DNA of 17,285 nucleotides from an uncultured Methanosarcinales archaeon (lineage in GTDB: Archaea > Nanobdellota > Nanobdellia > Woesearchaeales > CAZYIM01): contig CAZYIM010000036.1 of the NCBI GenBank assembly GCA_964647565.1, forward strand, positions 1 to 17,285. Direction: 5' to 3'. Position numbers and translations under genes: made by a program. Each line of letters opens with the position of its first letter. Within the stretch, counting starts at the first letter, position 1. A model generated the notes under the pieces. The model was not told the origin of the DNA. It was given only the letters and a program-made list of their open reading frames with translations, and did no database searches. Positions 9,043 to 15,253 of this stretch are shown here, piece by piece.

Positions 9043-9792
9043 ATGAGATTCAAAAAAACAATAGGATACTTGTGCATGTTCACTTGCTTGACAGTTGGTG
9101 CTGACTATGCTTTAGGTCAGGCAAGAGAGCAGCAGAAAACCCGAAAAAAACTAACCAAGGAGCAGATAGAGCACAGAAAAGAACACAGGAGAGCCAAAAG
9201 AGAATATTTTCGTAAGCTTCTGCAAGAAAAAAGTAGGCTAAGCGATAAAATCATATCTGAAGTGGTTGAAGAAGCTGAAGAGAAGGATACGAAATTATCT
9301 GATCAGTACGGGAAACTCGAAAAGAAATTAGAGCGTGTACCTCCAGTTATTCACGGGGTAGATTATAGCAAGAAAAGAAAGGGTCTTGAATACCTTACCT
9401 TTGAAGAAGATATTGGTAATGGAAGAGAAATCTATATCCAGTCAAGACCAAGGAGACGAGGCAAGACCAGGAATGGCACTATTATGATATATAATAAAGA
9501 TAAAGAAACCTATGAGTATATACTTGAATTCTGTGTAAAAAATAACTATTTTGAGATATATAATTCTGTCATAGACACAACTGGCCAGGAACCTATTGCA
9601 CAGATAAAAATGATGCGAGATGACTTAAAGGATCTTGAAACAGCTGCCGAACTGCTAGAGACCTGGGCAACAAAAGGCTCCAAAGGAACATCCAAGATGA
9701 TATATGCACTATTTGAAGCCCTAAGAGGTTGGGATAAGTTACAGGAACAACACAAACGCGGGCTTCCTCATATATATCAAAGAAAAAAATAA
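9043..9792 (+). CDS. Hypothetical exported protein
   Basis: 249-aa ORF starting 7 nt after the kinase stop. Signal-peptide-like MRFKKTIGYLCMFTCLTVGADYALG|Q is followed by a basic coiled-coil. Confidence 0.8.
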   Translation: MRFKKTIGYLCMFTCLTVGADYALGQAREQQKTRKKLTKEQIEHRKEHRRAKREYFRKLLQEKSRLSDKIISEVVEEAEEKDTKLSDQYGKLEKKLERVPPVIHGVDYSKKRKGLEYLTFEEDIGNGREIYIQSRPRRRGKTRNGTIMIYNKDKETYEYILEFCVKNNYFEIYNSVIDTTGQEPIAQIKMMRDDLKDLETAAELLETWATKGSKGTSKMIYALFEALRGWDKLQEQHKRGLPHIYQRKK

Positions 9793-9816
9793 TTTTTCAC
9801 TTTAGTTATTTTTTAA
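9793..9816 (+). terminator. T-rich archaeal terminator candidate, possibly overlapping a TATA element for the next gene
   Basis: TTTTTCACTTTAGTTATTTTTTAAATA follows the stop directly. Confidence 0.4.
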
Positions 9817-9958
9817 ATAAAGACACTATTAATACAATACCGCCTTATTCTAGACATGGTAAAACCTTAACTTGTTTTCTGCAAATTACTAGTATTGATG
9901 GTTCAAAGGCTGATGGGACAATATTGTTCTAAGCCTCAAAGACTTGGAGGTAATACAA

Positions 9959-10726
9959 ATGAGTAAATTGGTTGAGAAACTAAAGAACAGCAGACTCGCA
10001 AGAGCTGGTCTGACAACATTATTGGTTGGGACATTGGTTGCTACTCCTTTATTGGCAGATAGTGCAATAGCCCAGGATAAAAAGCAAAAAGCCAAGACTG
10101 AATGCAAAGAATGCATTGAAGAGAAAGTCGAACAGGAAGAACATATGCATAAGAGAGACAGAAGAGGCCAAAGGGGTAAAAGAAATTCGAGAATAACATA
10201 TGATGGTGTCGAGAAACGGGTGAAGATCGCTGTTAAGGCAGGTAAGATTACAGAAGAACAAGCAAAGGAAAGGCTTGAAGCTTTTAAGGAGCTTTCTGAA
10301 AAAGGCGAAAAAGGCCGAAGAGGTCGAGGCATGAGAGGCAGGATGCATATGCGAGGGCATAAGCATTATGGTTTGAAAGATCATGATGGCCATAAAAAAC
10401 CTGGTATGAGATATCGTGGACATCGAGGTCATGGAATAAGAGGTCATTATGGACCTGGATTAAGAATGTATAGCTTCAGAGGCTACAAGCCAGGACGGTT
10501 TGGTCCAAGATTCAATCAGCAATGGCTGAAGATCTACAACAGTCCAGAGTTCAAGGAAGGTATAAAAGAGCTCAAAGAGAACATGGGGCAGCTCCGAAAG
10601 GATCTTCACAAGCATGGATATGAGACTCAAAAAGAGATGCAAAAAAAAGGTCGTGAAATTCGAGAAAGATTGCATGAGAAAATGAAAAAACTCGAGGAAG
10701 TACAAAAGGACCTTTACCATAAATAA
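9959..10726 (+). CDS. Hypothetical exported protein with a His/Gly/Arg-rich low-complexity region
   Basis: Perfect GGAGGT SD at 9946-9951 fixes ATG 9959 (the track start is 9944). The leader is nearly identical to that of the next gene. It contains an AVKAGKITEEQAKERL motif and a RGRGMRGRMHMRGHKH...GHRGHG stretch. Confidence 0.85.
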   Translation: MSKLVEKLKNSRLARAGLTTLLVGTLVATPLLADSAIAQDKKQKAKTECKECIEEKVEQEEHMHKRDRRGQRGKRNSRITYDGVEKRVKIAVKAGKITEEQAKERLEAFKELSEKGEKGRRGRGMRGRMHMRGHKHYGLKDHDGHKKPGMRYRGHRGHGIRGHYGPGLRMYSFRGYKPGRFGPRFNQQWLKIYNSPEFKEGIKELKENMGQLRKDLHKHGYETQKEMQKKGREIRERLHEKMKKLEEVQKDLYHK

Positions 10727-10864
10727 ACGGAGGCAAAGAAAATGAGTAAGTTGGTAGAGAAATTGAAAAATAGCAGGCTTGCAAGAGCTGGTCTGACAAC
10801 GTTATTTGTTGGGACCTTGGTTGCTACTCCGATAGTTGTAGATAGTCTATATGCGCAGGACAAG
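9959..10864 (+). repeat. Duplicated leader-coding segment (about 9959-10081 and 10742-10864)
   Basis: The first 30 codons encode MSKLVEKLKNSRLARAGLTTL[L/F]VGTLVATP in both genes. Confidence 0.92.
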
Positions 10865-11713
10865 CATCAGAAAAAAGAATGCATAGAGCAGAAATGCGAA
10901 AAGGATGGAGAGAAAGACATTCACATAATAGGAAGGGCCGGTGCCCGTAATAAAGCCCGGGCCGCATACATGTTTAAGATGCAGGAAAAGAAACAGAAGA
11001 TCGGCTATGTCGAAAAGAAGACTGACAAGTTTGTGATGGGCAGGGCAGTCACTCCAGATGGTGTGATTTCATATCATTTCCCTATACCTGAGTCTGGCGA
11101 ACTTTCTCAGACTGCAAAGCAAGAGATGGCACGATTCCAGGAGACAGTCGCAAAATACGAACTTAAGAAGTTTGAAGAAAGGAAAGGGCATAAAAGTGTC
11201 TCCACAATGTATGGAAAGAAACCTGGTGATTTCAGGCGAAGATTTGGCGGAGACATGAGAAAGCTTAGAGAAGGGATCCTAAAAGAGTATCGTGGAGGCT
11301 TAAAAGATCTTCAAGAGCTGAAGAATATAAAAGTAGAGGGTTTAAACGGCCTTGATGTACATATTGACTTTGAGGGTTTCTTAGAAGGCCTGGAATACCA
11401 GATAGGAAACATCTTAACAGATGTCGAAGAGGTTACTTCAGATTGGGAGAGCTATTCCCCAGAATACTTCGAAGGTCCTGAATTCAAGAAATGGGAAGGA
11501 AGCATGGAAGCTTGGGAAGAGGAAGTTGACCAATGGGCAGATGGAATCGGTGATTATGCAGAGAAAAATATCAAGTTCCAGCATAAGACATCTCCTGAAG
11601 GTGGAGTGAGCATATACATCAAGCTGGACAAGGATTTGTTAGAGAACTACAAGCCATTTCCAGTGATGCCTAAGATGCCAGCACCACCCCTACCACCCCC
11701 GATAAAGGAATAA
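10742..11713 (+). CDS. Hypothetical exported protein with a Pro-rich C-terminus
   Basis: GGAGG SD upstream; 323 aa; leader shared with 9959..10726; ends in PVMPKMPAPPLPPPIKE. Confidence 0.88.
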   Translation: MSKLVEKLKNSRLARAGLTTLFVGTLVATPIVVDSLYAQDKHQKKECIEQKCEKDGEKDIHIIGRAGARNKARAAYMFKMQEKKQKIGYVEKKTDKFVMGRAVTPDGVISYHFPIPESGELSQTAKQEMARFQETVAKYELKKFEERKGHKSVSTMYGKKPGDFRRRFGGDMRKLREGILKEYRGGLKDLQELKNIKVEGLNGLDVHIDFEGFLEGLEYQIGNILTDVEEVTSDWESYSPEYFEGPEFKKWEGSMEAWEEEVDQWADGIGDYAEKNIKFQHKTSPEGGVSIYIKLDKDLLENYKPFPVMPKMPAPPLPPPIKE

Positions 11714-11741
11714 TTTTTTTATTGTTTTTTTTATTTTTTTT
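11714..11741 (+). terminator. Oligo-T terminator
   Basis: TTTTTTTATTGTTTTTTTTATTTTTTTT immediately follows the stop of 10742..11713. Confidence 0.7.
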
Positions 11742-11750
11742 ATAATCAAG

Positions 11751-11838
11751 GAGGTCTTGAGCAGCAAGCTGCTGAGACCTCGCTCGTACACTCGGAAATG
11801 TCAAATTTCTGGTGTGCTAACGCTTAGCGTTTCTAAGC
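11751..11838 (+). other. Three consecutive inverted repeats (structured leader or small palindromic element)
   Basis: GAGGTCT-TG-AGCAGC-AA-GCTGCT-G-AGACCTC (11751-11781); GTACAC-T-CGGAAAT-GTCAA-ATTTCTG-GTGTGC (11786-11817, with G-U pairs); GCTTAG-CGTTT-CTAAGC (11822-11838). The GGAGG SD is at 11846-11850. Confidence 0.65.
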
Positions 11839-11859
11839 ATAACTCGGAGGCGAATAAAA

Positions 11860-12141
11860 ATGAATATCAAACTGGAGGAAAGATTACCACACAACAGTCC
11901 GCCCTATAGTCCGAATATCGAAGCAGCACTAAAGAACAAGCCAAAAGAGCTAGTTATTGATATGAAAGACAAGAGGCTTTTATACGTGAGCGAGCTTAGA
12001 TATTTTCAGAACCTATATCATAAAGTCAAAGAATATGGTGGCAAGATCAAATTGACTAATCCATCAAAGACAGTAAGACATGAATTTGAGATTCTGCATT
12101 GGGACAAGCCTTTTGGCATGGAACCTGAGCGTGCCTATTAA
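11860..12141 (+). CDS. STAS-domain protein (anti-sigma-factor-antagonist-like, degenerate)
   Basis: ELVIDMKDKRLLYVSELRYF...KEYGGKIKLTNPSKTVRHEFEILHWDKPF matches the SpoIIAA/RsbV pattern. A GGAGG SD is present. Confidence 0.75.
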   Translation: MNIKLEERLPHNSPPYSPNIEAALKNKPKELVIDMKDKRLLYVSELRYFQNLYHKVKEYGGKIKLTNPSKTVRHEFEILHWDKPFGMEPERAY

Positions 12142-12866
12142 AAGATTGTTTTAATTTCCATAGTCAACAGGTTCAACAGGCCTGTTGATATATTTTCTGC
12201 CCTGTCAATGACATTGACATGATAATCGTGCTTTTGGGCATGGATCCAAGGGATCTTATGGAAGTATTCTGCTCTTTGCACGTCATTAAACTTCTTATCT
12301 GGCAGAGGCTTGCCATCCTCAAAAAGCTGCATGTTCGTAATTCCCTTGTTATCGCCATAATCTCTTGACCAGACAACAATACCGCCTTTATTATAATCAT
12401 AATAGCAGCCTCCTCTGGGAGCCAACACTGGTTTGTAATCCAATAGTTGGCCTGTAAATTCTGCCTTTGCATCCCATGATTGAAGAGCGTTGCCTTTATT
12501 ATCATATGCAATGGCATGATAGGTGTAATCCCCTGGTATATGGTTCTTGACATTAAAGACGTGGCCAAACCGACTTGGTGGAATATTAAGTTTTGTCGCT
12601 ATCTTCTTCTTATTTTGGTAAAGTTCTACCTTATGCACTAGCCCACTAACATAGACCGGCACGTCAGCTGATATACCTGCTTTTGGAGGTAGAACACGAA
12701 CAGCATCTCCAGGAAAATAAAGCTCGTTGCTTTCTAGCTTTGCCTTCAATATACGATACTCGAGTGGTTTTGCCTGTTTCTTTACATCCTGTGCACCAAG
12801 AGAATCGCATGTAACGACAGTAGCTAGAAATATAATTCCCATCTTTAACCGGTTTTTGAATTTCAT
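12138..12866 (-). CDS. Exported protein with two bacterial Ig-like (Big-type) modules
   Basis: Signal peptide ending DSLGA|QD. Module 1 is VHKVELYQNKKKI...PGDYTYHAIAYDNKGN and module 2 is GITNMQLFEDGK...KHDYHVNVIDRAEN. Confidence 0.75.
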   Translation of the reverse strand: MKFKNRLKMGIIFLATVVTCDSLGAQDVKKQAKPLEYRILKAKLESNELYFPGDAVRVLPPKAGISADVPVYVSGLVHKVELYQNKKKIATKLNIPPSRFGHVFNVKNHIPGDYTYHAIAYDNKGNALQSWDAKAEFTGQLLDYKPVLAPRGGCYYDYNKGGIVVWSRDYGDNKGITNMQLFEDGKPLPDKKFNDVQRAEYFHKIPWIHAQKHDYHVNVIDRAENISTGLLNLLTMEIKTIF

Positions 12867-12889
12867 TTTATGAATTAAAGATAAACTGG

Positions 12890-12902
12890 TATTTAATCTT
12901 TA
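12890..12902 (-). promoter_or_regulatory. Putative BRE/TATA promoter for the Ig-like gene
   Basis: The minus strand reads AAAGATTAAATA followed by 23 nt to ATG 12866. Confidence 0.55.
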
Positions 12903-13005
12903 CTATTTTTGGCTTTATTAATGTTATAATCAAAAACTTTGAAAAGTTACAATATTTACAATATTGCACATATCATGAAAATTTGTAGAAATAGTAACAA
13001 ATTTT

Positions 13006-13089
13006 TAGGACATTACAGAAACAAAGTTTCTGGGGTCCTAGAAATGCAATGCATTTCTATGATGCCAAAAAACTCCTAAGGAGGTTTTT
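13006..13089 (+). other. Three consecutive inverted repeats upstream of the TA operon
   Basis: TAGGAC-ATTA-CAGAAAC-AAA-GTTTCTG-GG-GTCCTA (13006-13040); perfect TAGAAATGCA-A-TGCATTTCTA (13039-13059); AAAAACTCCT-A-AGGAGGTTTTT (13068-13089), which contains the SD. Confidence 0.7.
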
Positions 13090-13093
13090 AAGC

Positions 13094-13291
13094 ATGGCAC
13101 AACTAATGACAAAAAGGATACCCTTATCTGAAGATAGATGGAAACAACTTGGAAGAATAAAGGAAGCAGGACAGACCTATGACGCGCTCATCGGTGAATT
13201 GATACAAGCACACAACAGACGGGAACTCGCGCAGTTCGCTAGGTCTGCAAAGTCAGGGAAAGGCAATTGGCATAAGCTTGAGGAAGCATGA
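13094..13291 (+). CDS. Putative type II antitoxin (ribbon-helix-helix-like)
   Basis: AGGAGGT SD at 13079-13085 supports ATG 13094 (65 aa). TKRIPLSEDRWKQLGRIKEAGQTYDALIGELI fits archaeal RHH antitoxins. It overlaps the toxin gene as ATGA. Confidence 0.8.
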   Translation: MAQLMTKRIPLSEDRWKQLGRIKEAGQTYDALIGELIQAHNRRELAQFARSAKSGKGNWHKLEEA

Positions 13292-13578
13292 AATTGTCTA
13301 ATGATATCCTTCTATCTGAAAAATCTATAGATTTCTTACAGTCTCTAGATGATAAAAGCAAGATCATTTGCAAAAAGAATCTTCAGAAACTTTCACAACC
13401 CTATCCTGGACGAGGAATAGGGGATAAAGAACAACTGGTTGTTGTAGGAGAAGAAGTATATCGGCTTCATATAAGAAGAACATACACAGCATTTTACATT
13501 ATTGATGAACAAGCTAAAATTGTTCGAATACTGGAAATACTGACTATTAAAGCAGCTCATAAAAAATATGGTTTCTGA
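13288..13578 (+). CDS. RelE/ParE-family type II toxin
   Basis: 96 aa with the RelE pattern ILLSEKSIDFLQSLD...LQKLSQPYP...YRLHIRRTYTAFYIIDEQAKIVRILEI. It lies directly downstream of a small RHH gene. Confidence 0.85.
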   Translation: MKLSNDILLSEKSIDFLQSLDDKSKIICKKNLQKLSQPYPGRGIGDKEQLVVVGEEVYRLHIRRTYTAFYIIDEQAKIVRILEILTIKAAHKKYGF

Positions 13579-13588
13579 ATAACAATCT

Positions 13589-15130
13589 TTAATATTTATC
13601 TTTCAACTCTGCCTTTTTCACCACTAACCTTGCTGTGTTCTCATTCTCTTCAACAACCTCAGAATCAGTTATTGCCAGCTTCTTCTTGAACATGGGCGCG
13701 TCAAGCACAAGTGATTCAAATTCTCCTCCTTCGCCAGCAATATTAACACCCAGCTTCTTATTCAACAGTCTCAGAGAATCTACATGTTTTTGGGTTATTT
13801 TTGCGCCTAACCAGCTTTCATCTAATCCCTCAGCAGCTATACTGCTAAATATAAGCTCATAACCCGCATCAAGAATTGCACGCATCTCCTTTTCCTGGTC
13901 CATGTGCCATAAAGGGGAATAAACTTTCAAACCAAGTGAATCTCCAATGATCTCAATCCGCTCTCTTTGATAGTTAGAGAATAAGGCGCCTGTAGCAACA
14001 CCCTCTATCTTGTATTTTTCTTTGGCAATGAAAAGGGCTTCTTTAAGATCATCAAGCTCCTTTTCCTTTTTACCTGCTGTTTCAGCCATTATTAGAGGTA
14101 TTTCCATGGCCTTGGCCTGCAGCTCGGCCATATGGATGTTTGGTGTGTGGAACATATATGAATCCGGATTTTTACTTCTCAATGTTATAAGGCAGTTTAC
14201 TTTAAAACCTCTATTGATCATTGTTTGGAGTGCAAAGCAGCTGTCCTTGCCAGAACTGAAAAGTACAGCAATATTAGGCATCTGGCTCTTTATGAAATCA
14301 AACTTGTACTTAAAGCCGTTTCTTTTTGCAAGCCTTGCAATGGCCCTGTCAAAGTTGCTGCCATACTGGGCTGCTCTTTTCTTCCTGTAGGCAAATTCTT
14401 TTGGTAAGCCCATATCCTCTGCAACCATTCTCAGGATCAGCTTACAATTCGTATCATTGATCTTGTATTTGGCAGGGATGCTCAGAGCATATTTAACCAA
14501 GCTGATATCTAAGAATGGCAGCTTTATCTCCTGACCAAGATCTTTAGCAAGCGCAAGATCTCTTGAAAGGTCCCGTTCATAGATGGCTTTCAAACCCTTG
14601 ACACACTCCTGGTTGATATCCTTGCTGTTCCTATGCCTTTCATAGCCCGCAAATATCTCTTCAGAGCCAAGACCTGAGAAAACAGTCTTTATCTTATCAT
14701 CTTTAGCCTGCTTCATTGCAAAATATAGAGGCAGGGCAACGCCCACTTTAACTACATTTGCTGTCTCTATTATATTGGTGACTTGCTTAACTGCAGCTTT
14801 CACACCATCCATATTAAGGTTTGACTTCCTTAGTTCAAATCCAAGCTCTTTTGATACTTTTTCTGCCCAGACAAGATCCTCAGGCTCCTTTAATGAGGCT
14901 GCAACAAAATTGGCAGTATAACATGTGAATTCATAGCCAAGCTTCTTACAGATGAAAGCAATTAGTGTAGAATCAATGCCTCCTGAGAACAGAATGCCGA
15001 ATTTCTTGTTTTTTGGCACTGTTTTCTTTATGGCTTCGACTAACAATCTTTCCAATTCCCTCTTAATTTCAGGAAGCGTCTCTTTGATTTCATTTGGAAG
15101 CTCTATGTTTTCATATCTTTCTGGATCCAT
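13589..15130 (-). CDS. Fusion of an asparagine-synthetase (synthetase, PP-loop) domain and diphthine--ammonia ligase (Dph6)
   Basis: The N-half has LFSGGIDS, FSGLGSEEIFAGY, LPFLD and RKKRAAQYGS. The C-half has LFSSGKDS, SYMFH, GALFSNYQRERI, SPLWH and GEGGEFES. Start placed at ATG 15130 because AACTTTTTAAAT lies 21 nt upstream. Confidence 0.9.
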   Translation of the reverse strand: MDPERYENIELPNEIKETLPEIKRELERLLVEAIKKTVPKNKKFGILFSGGIDSTLIAFICKKLGYEFTCYTANFVAASLKEPEDLVWAEKVSKELGFELRKSNLNMDGVKAAVKQVTNIIETANVVKVGVALPLYFAMKQAKDDKIKTVFSGLGSEEIFAGYERHRNSKDINQECVKGLKAIYERDLSRDLALAKDLGQEIKLPFLDISLVKYALSIPAKYKINDTNCKLILRMVAEDMGLPKEFAYRKKRAAQYGSNFDRAIARLAKRNGFKYKFDFIKSQMPNIAVLFSSGKDSCFALQTMINRGFKVNCLITLRSKNPDSYMFHTPNIHMAELQAKAMEIPLIMAETAGKKEKELDDLKEALFIAKEKYKIEGVATGALFSNYQRERIEIIGDSLGLKVYSPLWHMDQEKEMRAILDAGYELIFSSIAAEGLDESWLGAKITQKHVDSLRLLNKKLGVNIAGEGGEFESLVLDAPMFKKKLAITDSEVVEENENTARLVVKKAELKDKY

Positions 15131-15151
15131 ATCAAATAAGAACCTTAATTC

Positions 15152-15163
15152 ATTTAAAAAGTT
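15152..15163 (-). promoter_or_regulatory. Putative TATA promoter for the AsnB-domain/Dph6 fusion
   Basis: The minus strand reads AACTTTTTAAAT followed by 21 nt to ATG 15130. Confidence 0.55.
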
Positions 15164-15253
15164 AGTCAGAAACCCACATTCACTCAAAGAAAGCAACACA
15201 AAATATAAATAGGATATATTGAAATAGAGATAGATAGTAATAAATAGGGGTGT

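Noticed and set aside
9959..10864. Duplicated leader as a diversity-generating retroelement TR/VR pair
   Set aside because: The differences are mostly synonymous third-position changes and are not adenine-specific. Both copies are N-terminal coding sequence and there is no reverse transcriptase in the window.
11751..11838. Hairpin cluster as a tRNA or known riboswitch
   Set aside because: There is no acceptor stem closing the three arms, no TTC T-loop consensus, and no riboswitch consensus that I can recognise by eye.
13006..13578. TA locus as part of an IS element or integrated mobile element
   Set aside because: No transposase, integrase, terminal inverted repeat pair or target-site duplication was found around it.
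15131..15199. N-terminal extension of the AsnB-Dph6 ORF (track start at 15199)
   Set aside because: It relies on a non-ATG start and spans a well-spaced TATA box for ATG 15130. The extension shows no similarity to a glutaminase domain.
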